From NCBI GenBank assembly GCA_051313645.2, contig JBNRSN020000031.1, positions 4,836,001-4,900,000 on the forward strand: a stretch of 64,000 bases of DNA. The letters are read 5' to 3'. The stretch is from Centroscyllium fabricii. Its lineage: Eukaryota. The notes under the pieces were generated by a model, which ran no database searches, was not told where the DNA came from, and saw nothing but the letters and a program-made list of their open reading frames with translations. Positions 15,001 through 30,126 of this stretch are shown piece after piece. A program made the translations under genes and the position numbers. Every line of letters begins with the position of its first letter. Within the stretch, counting starts at the first letter, position 1.

Positions 15001-18000
15001 CTGTAAGGACTACCTATTATATTCACGTAATCACATGCTGAGATATTATTGGCCCACAGGCATCTGTAAGGACTACCTATTATATTCACGTAATCACATG
15101 CTAAGATATCATTGGCCCACAGGCATCTGTAAGGACTACCTTATATATTCACGTAATCACATGCTGAATTATCATTGGCCCACAGGCATCTGTAAGGGCT
15201 ACCTATTATATTCACGTAATCACATGCTGAGTTATCATTGGCGCGCAGGCATCTGTAAGGACTACCAATTATATTCACGTGATCACATGCTGAGTTATCA
15301 TTGGCCCACAGGCATCTGTAAGGACTACTATTGTAATCACGTAACCAAATGCTGAGTTATCATTGGAAGACAGGCATCTGTAAAGACTACTATTGTATTC
15401 AAGTAATCACATGCTGAGTTATCATTGGCCCGCAGGCATCTGTAAGGACTACCTATTATATTCACATAATCACACGCTGAGTTATCATTGGCCCACAGGC
15501 ATCTGTAAGGACTACTATTATATTCACTTAATCACATGTTGAGTTATCATTGGCCCACTGGCATCTGTATGGTCTACTATTGTATTCACGTAATCACATG
15601 CTGAGTTATCATTGGCCCGCAGCCATTTGTAAGAACTACTATTATATTCACGTAATCATATGCCGAGTTATCATTGGCCCTCAGGCATCTGTAAGGACTA
15701 CCTATTATATTCACGTAATCGCATGCTGAGTTATCATTGGCACACAAGCATCTGTAAGGACTACCTATTATAATCACATAATCACATGCTGAGTTATCAT
15801 TGGCCCACAGGCATCTGTAAGGACTACCTATTATATTCACGTAATCACATGCTGAGTTATCATTGGCCAACAGGCATCTGTAACGACTACCAATTATATT
15901 CACGTTATCATATGCTGAGTTATCATCGGCCAACAGACATCTGTAAGGACTACCTATTGTTTTCAAGTAATCACATGCTGAGCTATCATTGGCCCACAGG
16001 CATCTGGAAGGACTACCTATTATATTCACGTAATCACATGCTGAGTTATCATTGGCCCACAGGCATCTGTAAGGACTACCTATTATATTCAGGTAATCAC
16101 ATGCTGAATTATCATTGGCCCACAGGCATCTGTAAGGACTACCTATTATATTCACGTAATCACATGCTGAGCTATCATTGGCCCGCAGGCATCTGCAAGG
16201 ACTACCTATTATATTCACGTAATCACATGCTGAGCTATCATTGGCCACAGGCATCTGTAAAGACTACCTATTATATTCACGTAATCACATGCTGAGTTAT
16301 CATTGGCCCACAGGCATCTTTAAGGACTACCTTTTATATTCACGTAATCACATGCTGAATTATCATTGGCCCACAGGCATCTGTAAGGACAACCTGTTAT
16401 ATTCTCGTAATCACATGCTGAGTTATCATTGGCCCACAGGCATCTGTAAGGGCTACCTATTATATTCACGTAATCACATGCTGAGTTATCATTGGCCCAC
16501 AGGCATCTGGAAGGACTACCTATTATATTCACGTAATCACATGCTGAGTTATCATTGGCCCACAGGCATCTGTAAGGCCTACCTGTTATATAGACGTAAT
16601 CACATGCTGAGTTATCATTGGCCCACAGGCATTTGTAAGGACTACCTATTATATTCACGTAATCACATGCTGAGTTATCATTGGCCCACAGGCATCAGTA
16701 AGGGCTACCTTTTATATTCACGTAATCACATGCTGAATTATCATTGGCCCACAGCAATCTGTAAGGACTTCCTATTATATTCACGTAATCACATGCTGAG
16801 ATATCATTGGCCCACAGGCATCTGTAAGGACTACCTATTATATTCACGTAATCACATGCTGAGTTATAATTGGCCCACAGGCATCTGTAAGGACTACTAT
16901 TGTAATCACGTAACCAAATGCTGAGTTATCATTGGCCCACAGGCATCTGTAAGGACTACTATTGTATTCAAGTAATCACATGCTGAGTTATCATTGGCCC
17001 GCAGGCATCTGTAAGGACTACCTATTATATTCACCTAATCACACGCTGAGTTATCATTGGCCCACAGGCATCTGTAAGGACTACTATTATATTCACGTAA
17101 TCACATGCTGAGTTATCATTGGCCCACTGGCATCTGTAAGGACGACTATTGTATTCACGTAATCAAATGCTGAGTTATCATTGGCCCCCAGGCATCTGTA
17201 AGGACTACCTATTATATTCAGGTAATCACATGCTGAATTATCATTGGCCCACAGGCATCTGTAAGGACTACCTATTATATTCATGTAATCACATGCTGAG
17301 TTATCATTGGCCCGCAGGCATCTGCAAGGACTACCTATTATATTCACGTAATCACATGCTGAGTTATCATTGGCCCACAGGCATCTGTAAGGACTACCTA
17401 TTATATTCACGTAATCACATGCTGAGTTATCATTGGCCCGCAGGCATCTGCAAGGACTACCTATTATATTCACGTAATCACATGCTGAGTTATCATTGGC
17501 CCACAGTCATCTTTAAGGACTACCTTTTATATTCACGTAATCACATGCTGAATTATCATTGGCCCACAGGCATCTGTAAGGACAACCTGTTATATTCACG
17601 TAATCACATGCTGAGTTATCATTGGCCCACAGGCATCTGTAAGGACTACCTATTATATTCACGTAATCACATGCTGAGATATCATTGGCCCACAGGCATC
17701 TGTAAGGACTACCTATTATATTCACGTAATCACATGCTGAGTTATCATCGGCCCACAGGCATCTGTAAGGACTAACTATTATATTCACGTAATCACAAGC
17801 TGAATTTTCATTTGCCCAAAGTCATTTGTAAGGACTACCTATTATATTCACGTGATCACATGCTGAGTTATCATTGGCCCACAGGCATCTGTAAGGACTA
17901 CTATTGTAATCACGTAACCAAATGCTGAGTTATCATTGGCCCACAGGCATCTGTAAGGACTACTATTGTATTCAAGTAATCACATGCTGAGTTATCATTG

Positions 18001-21000
18001 GCCCGCAGGCATCTGTAAGGACTACCTATTATATTCACGTAATCAGACGCTGAGTTATCATTGGCCCACAGGCATCTGTAAGGACTACTATTATATTCAC
18101 GTAATCACATGCTGAGTTATCATTGGCCCACTGGCATCGGTAAGGACGACTATTGTATTCACGTAATCAAATGCTGAGTTATCATTGCCCCCAGGCATCT
18201 GTATGGTCTACTATTGTGTTCACGTAATCACATGCTGAGTTATCATTGGCCCGCAGGCATCTGTAAGAACTACTATTATATTCACGTAATCATATGCCGA
18301 GTTATCATTGGCCCTCAGGCATCTGTAAGGACTACCTATTATATTCACGTAATCGCATGCTGAGTTATCATTGGCACACAAGCATCTGTAAGGACTACCT
18401 ATTATAATCACGTAATCACATGCTGAGTTATCATTGGCCCACAGGCATCTGTAAGGACTACCTATTATATTCACGTAATCACATGCTGAGTTATCATTGG
18501 CCAACAAGCATCTGTAAGGACTACCAATTATATTCACGTTATCATATGCTGAGTTATCATCGGCCAACAGACATCTGTAAGGACTACCTATTGTATTCAA
18601 GTAATCACATGCTGAGTTATCATTGGCCCACAGGCATCTGTAAGGACTACCTATTATATTCAGGTAATCACATGCTGAATTATCATTGGCCCACAGGCAT
18701 CTGTAAGGACTACCTATTATATTCACGTAATCACATGCTGAGTTATCATTGGCCCGCAGGCATCTGCAAGGACTACCTATTATATTCACGTAATCACATG
18801 CTGAGTTATCATTGGCCACAGGCATCTGTAAAGACTACCTATTATATTCACGTAATCACATGCTGAGTTATCATTGGCCCACAGGCATCTGGAAGGACTA
18901 CCTATTATATTCACGTAATCACATGCTTAGTTATCATTGGCCCACAGGCATCTGTAAGGACTACCTATTATATTCAGGTAATCACATGCTGAATTATCAT
19001 TGGCCCACAGGCATCTGTAAGGACTACCTATTATATTCACGTAATCACATGCTGAGTTATCATTGGCCCGCAGGCATCTGTAAGGACTATCTATTATATT
19101 CACGTAATCACATGCTGAGTTATCATTGGCCACAGGCATCTGTAAAGACTACCTATTATATTCACGTAATCACATGCTGAGTTATCATTGGCACACAGGC
19201 ATCTGTAAGGACTACCTTTTATATTCACATAATCACATGCTGAATTATCATTGACCCACAGGCATCTGTAAGGACAACCTGTTATATTCACGTAATCACA
19301 TGCTGAGTTATCATTGGCCCACAGGCATCTGTAAGGACTACCTATTATATTCACGTAATCACATGCTGAATTATCATTGGCCCACAGTCATCTGTAAGGA
19401 CTACCTATTATATTCACGTAATCACATGCTGAGTTATCATTGGCCCACAGGCATCTGTAAGGACTACCTATTATATTCACGTAATCCAAGCTGAGATATC
19501 ATTGGCCCACAGGCATCTGTAAGGACTACCGATTATATTCACGTAATCACATGCTAAGTTATCATTGGCCCACAGGCATCTGTAAGGACTACCTATTATA
19601 TTCACGTAATCACATGCTGAATTATCATTGGCCCACAGGCATCTGTAAGGACTACCTATTATATTCACGTAATCACATGCTGAGTTATCATTGGCCCACA
19701 GGCATCTGTAAGGACTACCTATTATATTCACGTAATCACATGCTGAGTTATCATTGGCCCACTGGCATCTGGAAGGACTACCTATTATATTCACGTAATC
19801 ACATGCTGAATTATCATTGGACCAAAGTCATCTGTAAGGACTACTATTGTATTCACGTAATCACATGCTGAGTTATCATTGGCCCACAGGCATCTGTAAG
19901 GACTACTTATTATATTCACGTAATCACATGCTGAGTTATCATTGGCCCACAGGCATCTGGAAGGACTACCTATTATATTCACGTAATCACATGCTGAGTT
20001 ATCATTGGCCCACAGGCATCTGTAAGGACTACCTATTATATTCAGGTAATCACATGCTGAATTATCATTGGCCCACAGGCATCTGTAAGGACTACCTATT
20101 ATATTCACGTAATCACATGCTGAGTTATCATTGGCCCGCAGGCATCTGCAAGGACTACCTATTATATTCACGTAATCACATGCTGAGTTATCATTGGCCA
20201 CAGGCATCTGTAAAGACTACCTATTATATTCACGTAATCACATGCTGAGTTATCATTGGCCCACAGGCATCTGTAAGGACTACCTTTTATATTCACGTAA
20301 TCACATGCTGAATTATCATTGGCCCACAGGCATCTGTAAGGACTACCTTTTATATTCACGTAATCACATGCTGAATTATCATTGGCCTACAGCAATCTGT
20401 AAGGACTTCCTATTATATTCACGTAATCACATGCTGAGTTATCATTGGCCCACAGGCATCTGTAAGGACTACCTATTATATTCACGTAATCACATGCTGA
20501 GATATTATTGGCCCACAGGCATCTGTAAGGACTACCTATTATATTCACGTAATCACATGCTAAGATATCATTGGCCCACAGGCATCTGTAAGGACTACCT
20601 TATATATTCACGTAATCACATGCTGAATTATCATTGGCCCACAGGCATCTGTAAGGGCTACCTATTATATTCACGTAATCACATGCTGAGTTATCATTGG
20701 CGCGCAGGCATCTGTAAGGACTACCAATTATATTCACGTGATCACATGCTGAGTTATCATTGGCCCACAGGCATCTGTAAGGACTACTATTGTAATCACG
20801 TAACCAAATGCTGAGTTATCATTGGAAGACAGGCATCTGTAAAGACTACTATTGTATTCAAGTAATCACATGCTGAGTTATCATTGGCCCGCAGGCATCT
20901 GTAAGGACTACCTATTATATTCACGTAATCACACGCTGAGATATCATTGGCCCACAGGCATCTGTAAGGACTACTATTATATTCACTTAATCACATGTTG

Positions 21001-24000
21001 AGTTATCATTGGCCCACTGGCATCTGTATGGTCTACTATTGTATTCACGTAATCACATGCTGAGTTATCATTGGCCCGCAGCCATTTGTAAGAACTACTA
21101 TTATATTCACGTAATCATATGCGGAGTTATCATTGGCCCTCAGGCATCTGTAAGGACTACCTATTATATTCACGTAATCGCATGCTGAGTTATCATTGGC
21201 ACACAAGCATCTGTAAGGACTACCTATTATAATCACATAATCACATGCTGAGTTCTCATTGGCCCACAGGCATCTGTAAGGACTACCTATTATATTCACG
21301 TAATCACATGCTGAGTTATCATTGGCCAACAGGCATCTGTAACGACTACCAATTATATTCACGTTATCATATGCTGAGTTATCATCGGCCAACAGACATC
21401 TGTAAGGACTACCTATTGTTTTCAAGTAATCACATGCTGAGCTATCATTGGCCCACAGGCATCTGGAAGGACTACCTATTATATTCACGTAATCACATGC
21501 TGAGTTATCATTGGCCCACAGGCATCTGTAAGGACTACCTATTATATTCAGGTAATCACATGCTGAATTATCATTGGCCCACAGGCATCTGTAAGGACTA
21601 CCTATTATATTCACGTAATCACATGCTGAGCTATCATTGGCCCGCAGGCATCTGCAAGGACTACCTATTATATTCACGTAATCACATGCTGAGCTATCAT
21701 TGGCCACAGGCATCTGTAAAGACTACCTATTATATTCACGTAATCACATGCTGAGTTATCATTGGCCCACAGGCATCTTTAAGGACTACCTTTTATATTC
21801 ACGTAATCACATGCTGAATTATCATTGGCCCACAGGCATCTGTAAGGACAACCTGTTATATTCTCGTAATCACATGCTGAGTTATCATTGGCCCACAGGC
21901 ATCTGTAAGGGCTACCTATTATATTCACGTAATCACATGCTGAGTTATCATTGGCCCACAGGCATCTGGAAGGACTACCTATTATATTCACGTAATCACA
22001 TGCTGAGTTATCATTGGCCCACAGGCATCTGTAAGGCCTACCTGTTATATAGACGTAATCACATGCTGAGTTATCATTGGCCCACAGGCATTTGTAAGGA
22101 CTACCTATTATATTCACGTAATCACATGCTGAGTTATCATTGGCCCACAGGCATCAGTAAGGGCTACCTTTTATATTCACGTAATCACATGCTGAATTAT
22201 TATTGGCCCACAGCAATCTGTAAGGACTTCCTATTATATTCACGTAATCACATGCTGAGATATCATTGGCCCACAGGCATCTGTAAGGACTACCTATTAT
22301 ATTCACGTAATCACATGCTGAGTTATAATTGGCCCACAGGCATCTGTAAGGACTACTATTGTAATCACGTAACCAAATGCTGAGTTATCATTGGCCCACA
22401 GGCATCTGTAAGGACTACTATTGTATTCAAGTAATCACATGCTGAGTTATCATTGGCCCGCAGGCATCTGTAAGGACTACCTATTATATTCACCTAATCA
22501 CACGCTGAGTTATCATTGGCCCACAGGCATCTGTAAGGACTACTATTATATTCACGTAATAACATGCTGAGTTATCATTGGCCCACTGGCATCTGTAAGG
22601 ACGACTATTGTATTCACGTAATCAAATGCTGAGTTATCATTGGCCCCCAGGCATCTGTAAGGACTACCTATTATATTCAGGTAATCACATGCTGAATTAT
22701 CATTGGCCCACAGGCATCTGTAAGGACTACCTATTATATTCATGTAATCACATGCTGAGTTATCATTGGCCCGCAGGCATCTGCAAGGACTACCTATTAT
22801 ATTCACGTAATCACATGCTGAGTTATCATTGGCCCACAGGCATCTGTAAGGACTACCTATTATATTCACGTAATCACATGCTGAGTTATCATTGGCCCGC
22901 AGGCATCTGCAAGGACTACCTATTATATTCACGTAATCACATGCTGAGTTATCATTGGCCAAAGGCATCTGTCAAGACTACCTATTATATTCACGTAATC
23001 ACATGCTGAGTTATCATTGGCCCACAGTCATCTTTAAGGACTACCTTTTATATTCACGTAATCACATGCTGAATTATCATTGGCCCACAGGCATCTGTAA
23101 GGACAACCTGTTATATTCACGTAATCACATGCTGAGTTATCATTGGCCCACAGGCATCTGTAAGGACTACCTATTATATTCACGTAATCACATGCTGAGA
23201 TATCATTGGCCCACAGGCATCTGTAAGGACTACCTATTATATTCACGTAATCACATGCTGAGTTATCATCGGCCCACAGGCATCTGTAAGGACTAACTAT
23301 TATATTCACGTAATCACATGCTGAATTTTCATTTGCCCAAAGTCATTTGTAAGGACTACCTATTATATTCACGTAATCACATGCTGAGTTATCATTGGCC
23401 GACAGGCATCTGTAAAGATTACCTATTATATTCACGTAATCAAAGCTGAGATATCATTGGCCCACAGGCATCTGTAAGGACTAGCGATTATATTCACGTA
23501 ATCACATGCTGAGTTATCATTGGCCAACAGGCATCTGTAAGGACTACCTATTATATTCACATAATCACATGCTGAGTTATCATTGGCCAACAGGCATCTG
23601 TAAGGACTACCAATTATATTCACGTAATCATATGCTGAGTTATCATCGGCCAACAGACATCTGTAAGGACTACCTATTGTATTCAAGTAATCACATGCTG
23701 AGTTATCATTGGCCCACAGGCATCTGGAAGGACTGCCTATTATATTCACGTAATCACATGCTGAATTATCATTGGACCAAAAGCATCTGTAAGGACAGCA
23801 TATTATATTCACGTAATCACATGTTGAGTTATCATTGGCCCACAGGCATCTGTAAGGACTACTTATTATATTCACGTAATCACATGCTGAGTTATCATTG
23901 GCCACAGGCATCTGTAAAGACTACCTATTATATTCACGTAATCACATGCTGAGTTATCATTGGCCCACAGGCATCTGTAAGGACTACCTTTTATATTCAC

Positions 24001-27000
24001 GTAATCACATGCTGAATTATCATTGGCCCACAGGCATCTGTAAGGACAACCTGTTATATTCACGTAATCACATGCTGATTTATCATTGGCCCACAGGCAT
24101 CTGTAAGGAGTACCTATTATATTCACGTAATCACATGCTGAGATATCATTGGCCCACAGGCATCTGTAAGGACTACCTATGATATTCACGTAATCACACG
24201 CTGAGTTATCATTGGCCCACAGGCATCTGTAAGGACTACCTATTATATTCACGTAATCACATGTTGAATTATCATTGGCCCACAGTCATCTGTAAGGACT
24301 ACCTATTATATTCACGTAATCACATGCTGAGGTATCATTGGCCGACAGGCATCTGTAAGGACTACCTATTATATTCACGTAATCAAAGCTGAGATATCAT
24401 TGGCCCACAGGCATCTGTAAGGACTACCGATTATATTCACGTAATCACATGCTGAATTATCATTGGCCCACAGGCATCTGTAAGGACAACCTATTATATT
24501 CATGTAATCACATGCTGAGTTATCATTGGCCCACAGGCATCTGTAAGGACTACCTATTATATTCACGTAATCACATGCTGAGTTATCATTGGCCCACAGG
24601 CATCTGGAAGGACTACCTATTATATTCACGTAATCACATGCTGAATTATCATTGGACCAAAGGCATCTGTAAGGACTACTATTGTATTCACGTAATCACA
24701 TGCTGAGTTATCATTGGCCAACAGGCATCTCTAAGGACTACCTATTATATTTACGTAATCACATGCTGAGTTATCATTGGCCTACAGGCATCTGGAAGGA
24801 CTACCTATTATATTCACATGTACACATGCTGAGTTATCATTGGCCCACAGGCATCTGGAAGGACTACCTATTATATTCACGTAATCACATGCTGAATTAT
24901 CATTGGACCAAAGGCATCTGTAAGGACTACCTATTATATTCACGTAATCACATGTTGAGTTATCATTGGCCCACAGGAATCTGTAAGGACTACCTATTAT
25001 ATTCACGTAATCACAAGCTGAATTATCATTGCCCACAGGCATCTGTAAGGACTACCTATTATATCCACGTAATCACATGCTGAGTTATCATTGGCCCACT
25101 GGCATCTGTAAGGACCACCTAATATATTCACGTAATCACATGCTGAGTTATCATTGGCCCACAGGCATCTGTATGGACCACCTATTATATTCACGTAATC
25201 ACATGCTGAGTTATCATTGGCCCACAGTCATCTGTAAGGACTACCTATTATATTCACGTAATCACATGCTGAGCTTTCATTGGCCCACAGTCATCTGGAA
25301 GGACTACCTATTATATTCACGTAATCACATGCTGAATTATCATTGGACCAAAGGCATCTGTAAGGACTACTATTGTATTCACGTAATCACATGCTGAGAT
25401 ATAATTGTCCCACAGGCATCTGTAAGGACTACCTATTATATTTACGTAAACACATGCTGAGTTATCATTGGCCCACAGGCTTCTGGAAGGACTACCTATT
25501 ATATTTACGTAATCACATGCTGAGTTATCATTGGCCCACAGGCATCTGGAAGGACTACCTATTATATTCACGTAATCACATGCTGAATTATAATTGGACC
25601 AAAGGCATCTGTAAGGAATACCTATTATATTCACGAAATCACTTGTTGAGTTATCATTGGCCCACAGGCATCTGTACGGACTACCTATTATATTCACGTA
25701 ATCACATGCTGAATTATCATTGCCCACAGGTATCTGTAAGGACTACCTATTATATTCACGTAATCACATGCTGAGTTATCATTGGCCCACTGGCATCTGT
25801 AAGGACTACTATTGTATTCACTTAACCACATGCTGAGTTATCATTGGCCGCAGGCATCTGTAAGGACTACCCATTATATTCACGTAAACACATGCTGAGT
25901 TATCATTGGCCCACAGGCATCTGTAAGGACTACTATTGTATTCACGTAATCAAATGCTGAGTTATCATTGGCCCACAGGCATCTGTAAGGAATACCTATT
26001 ATATTCACGTAATCACATGCTGAGTTATCATTGGCTCACAGGCATCTGTAAGGACTACCTGTTATATTCATGTAATCACATGCTGAGTTATCATTGGCCC
26101 ACAGGCATTTGTAAGGACTACGTATTATATTCACGTATTCACATGCTGAGTTATCATTGGCCCACAGGCATCTGTAAGGACTACCTATTATATTCATGCA
26201 ATCACATGCTGAGTTATCATTGGCCCACAGGCATCTGTAAGGACTACCTATTATATTCACGTAATCACATGCTGAGATATCATTGGCCCACAGGCATCTG
26301 TAAGGACTACCTATTATATTTACGTAATCACCTGCTGAGTTTTCATTGGCCCGCAGGCATCTGTAAGGACTACCAATTATATTCATGTGATCACATGCTG
26401 AGTTATCATTGGCCCACAGGCATCTGTAAGGACTACTATTGTATTCACGTAATCACATGCTGAGTTATCATTGGCCCGCAGGCATCTGTAAGGACTACCT
26501 ATTATATTCACGTAATCACACGCTGAGTTATCATTGGCCCACAGGCATCTGTAAGGACTAATATTATATTCACGTAGTCACAAGCTGAGTTACCATTGAC
26601 CCACTGGCATCTGTAAGGACTACTAATGTATTCACGTAATTAAATGCTGAGTTATCATTGGCCCACAGGCTTCGGTAAGGACTGCTATTGTATTCACGTA
26701 ATCACATGCTGAGTTATCATTGGCCCACTGGCATCTGTAAGGGCTACCTATTATTTTCACGTAATCACATGCTGAGTTATCATTGGCCCACAGGCATCTG
26801 TAAGGACTACTATTATATTCACGTAATCATATGCTGAGTTATCATTGGCCCACAGACATCTGTAAGGACTACCTGTTATATTCACGTAATTACATGCTGA
26901 GTTATCATTCGACAACAGGCATTTGTAAGGACTACCTATTATATTCACGTATTCACATGCTGAGTTATCATTGGCCCACAGGTATCAGTAAGGACTACCT

Positions 27001-29954
27001 ATTATATTCACGTAATCACATGCTGAGTTATCATTGGCCCACAGGCAACTGTATGGACTACCTATTATATTCACGTAATCACATGCTGAGTTATCATTGG
27101 CCCACAGGTATCTGTAAGGACTTCCTATTAAATTCACGTAATCACATACTGAGATATCATTGGCCCACAGGCATTTGGAAGGACTACCTATTATATTCAC
27201 GTAATCACATGCTGAATTATCATTGGACCAAAGGCATCTGTAAGGACTACCTATTATATTCACGTAATCACATGTTGAGTTATCATTGGCCCACAGGCAT
27301 CTGTATGGACTACTTATTATATTCACGTAATCACATGCTGAGTTATCATTGGCCCACAGGCATCTGTAAGGACTACTATTGTATTCACTTAACCACATGC
27401 TGAGTTATCATTGGCCCAATGGCATCTGTAAGGACTACTATTGTATTCACTTAACCACATGCTGAGTTATTATTGGCCGCAGGCATCTGTAAGGACTACC
27501 TATTATATTCACGTAATCACATGCTGAGTTATCATTGGCCCACAGGCATCTGTATGGACCTCGTATTATATTCACGTATTCACATGCTGAGTTATCATTG
27601 GCCCACAGGCATCTGTAAAGACTACCTATTATATTCACGTAATCACATGCTGAGTTATCATTGGCCCACAGGCATCTGGAACGAGTACCTATTATATTCA
27701 CGTAATCACATGCTGAATTATCATTGGACCAAAGGCATCTGTAAGGACTACTATTGTATTCACGTAATCACATGCTGAGATATCATTGGCCCACAGGCAT
27801 CTGTAAGGACTACCTATTATACTTACGTAATCACATGCTGAGTTATCATTGGCCCACAGGCATCTGGAAGGACTACCTATTATATTCACGTAATCACATG
27901 CTGAGTTATCATTGGCCCACAGGCATCTGGAAGGACTACCTATTATTTTCACGTAATCACATGCTGAATTATCATTGGTCCAAAGGCATCTGTAAGGACT
28001 ACCTATTATATTCACGTAATCACTTGTTGAGTTATCATTGGCCCACAGGCATCTGTAAGGACTACCTATTATATTCACGTAATCACATGCTGAATTATCA
28101 TTGGCCCGCAGGCATCTGTAAGGACTACCAATTATATTCACGTGATCACATGCTGAGTCATCATTGGCCCACAGGCATCTGTAAGGACTACTATTGTTTT
28201 CACGTAATCAAATGCTGAGTTATCATTGGCCCACAGGCATCTGTAAGGACTACCTATTATATTCAGGTAATCACATGCTGAATTATCATTGGCCCACAGG
28301 CATCTGTAAGGACTACATATTATATTCACGTATTCACATGCTGAGTTATCATTGGCCCACAGGCATCTGTAAGGACTACCTATTATATTCACGTAATCAC
28401 ATGTGAATTATCATTGGCCCACAGGCATCTGTAATGACTACCTATTATATTTACGTAATCACATGCTGAGTTATCATTGGCCCGCAGGCATCTGTAAGGA
28501 CTACCAATTATATTCACGTGATCACATGCTGAGTTATCATTGGCCCACAGGCATCTGTAAGGACTACTATTGTACTCAATTAACCAAATGCTGAGTTATC
28601 ATTGGCCCACAGGCATCTGTTAGGACTACTATTGTATTCACGTAATCACATGCTGAATTACCATTGCCCACAGGTATCTGTAAGGGTTACCTATTATATT
28701 CACGTAAGCACATGCTGAATTATCATTGGCCCGCAGGCATCTGTAAGGACTACCAATTATATTCACGTGATCACTTGCTGAGTTATCATTGGCCCACAGG
28801 CATCTGTAAGGACTACTATTGTTTTCACGTAATCAAATGCTGAGTTATCATTGGCCCACAGACATCTGTAAGGAATACCTATTATATTCACGTAATCACA
28901 TGCTGAGTTATCATTGGCCCACAGGCATCTGTAAGGATTACCTATTATAATCATGTAATCACATGCTGAGTTATCATTGGCCCACAGGCATCTGTAAGGA
29001 CTATCTATTATATTCACGTAATCACATGCTGAATTACATTGGCACAATGGCATTTGTAAGGACGACTATTGTATTCACGTAATCAAATGCTGAGTTATCA
29101 TTGGCCCACAGGCATCTGTAAGGACTACCTATTATATTCACGTAATCACATGCTGAGATATCATTGGCCCACAGGCATCTGTAAGGACTACCTATTATAT
29201 TCATTTAATCACTTGCTAAGTTATCATTAGCCCACAGGCATCTGTAAGGACTACCTATTATATTCACTTAATCACATGCTGAATTATCATTGGCACACAG
29301 GCATCTGTAGGGACTACCTATTATATTCACGTAATCACATGCTGAGTTATCATTGGCCCGCTGGCATCTGTAAGGACTACCAATTATATTCACGTGATCA
29401 CATGCTGAGTTATCATTGGCCCACAGGCATCTGTAAGGACTACTATTGTATTCACGTAACCAAATGCTGAGTTATCATTGGCACACAGGCATCTTTAAGG
29501 ACTACTATTGTATTCACGTAATCACATGCTGAGTTATCATTGGCCCGCAGGCATCTGTAAGGACTACCTATTATATTCACGTAATCACATGCTGAGTTAT
29601 CATTGGCCCACAGGCATCTGTAAGGACTACTATTATATTCACGTAATCACATGCTGAGTTATCATTGGCCCACAGGCATCTGTAAGGACGACTATTGTAT
29701 TCACGTAATCAAATGCTGAGTTATCATTGGCCACAGGTATCTGTATGGTGTACTATTTTATTCACGTAATCACATGCTGAGTTATCATTGGCCCGCAGGC
29801 ATCTGTAAGGACTACCTATTCTAATCACGTAATCACATGCTGAGTTATCATTGGCCCACAGGCATCTGTATGGACTACCTATTATTTTCACGTAATCACA
29901 TGCTGAATTATCATTGGACCACAGGCATTTGTAAGGACGACCTATTATATTCAC
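1..29954. repeat. 63-bp tandem satellite array, segment 1
   Basis: Uninterrupted head-to-tail copies of TTCACGTAATCACATGCTGAGTTATCATTGGCCCACAGGCATCTGTAAGGACTACCTATTATA (consensus 26/63 GC). Most monomers differ by a few substitutions, and 62-bp deletion variants recur. The array continues past the window start. Confidence 0.99.
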
Positions 29955-30078
29955 AAAGTCACACAACACCAGGTTTAAAGTCCAACGTTTTATTTTAAAT
30001 CACAAGCCTTCGGAGCTTTTGCCCCTTCGTCAGGCAAAGAGAAACTGTTGGACTTTAAACCTGGTGTTGTGTGACTTT
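29955..30078. repeat. Perfect 32-bp inverted repeat (arms 29955-29986 and 30047-30078)
   Basis: AAAGTCACACAACACCAGGTTTAAAGTCCAAC versus GTTGGACTTTAAACCTGGTGTTGTGTGACTTT: exact reverse complements with a 60-bp spacer. Confidence 0.97.
30000..30035 (-). ncRNA. Degenerate minimal hammerhead-ribozyme-like motif
   Basis: The minus strand reads CUGACGA-A-GGGGC-AAAA-GCUCC-GAAG-GCUUGUG: a CUGANGA box, a 5-bp stem II (one G-U pair) with a tetraloop, then GAAG in place of the canonical GAAA. Confidence 0.5.
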
Positions 30079-30126
30079 TTGCATTTGTTCACCCCAGTCC
30101 AACACCGGCACCTCCGCATTATGGGA

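Larger units (their letters stand above)
29955..30126. mobile_element. Short Penelope-like (PLE) retroelement remnant with inverted pseudo-LTR arrangement
   Basis: 172 bp of non-satellite sequence flanked by the direct repeat ATTATATTCAC (29944-29954 and 30127-30137). It contains a perfect 32-bp inverted repeat, a minus-strand hammerhead-like core and a minus-strand AATAAA (29989-29994). Inverted pLTRs, variable-length TSDs and hammerhead motifs are known PLE traits. The insertion is certain; the PLE assignment is inference. Confidence 0.65.

Noticed and set aside
1-29954. CRISPR-like repeat-spacer array
   Set aside because: The whole 63-bp unit repeats. There are no unique spacers and no cas genes.
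29955-30126. Interpretation as a MITE with 32-bp terminal inverted repeats
   Set aside because: The right arm is not terminal: 48 bp of extra sequence separate it from the TSD. This asymmetry fits an inverted pLTR better.
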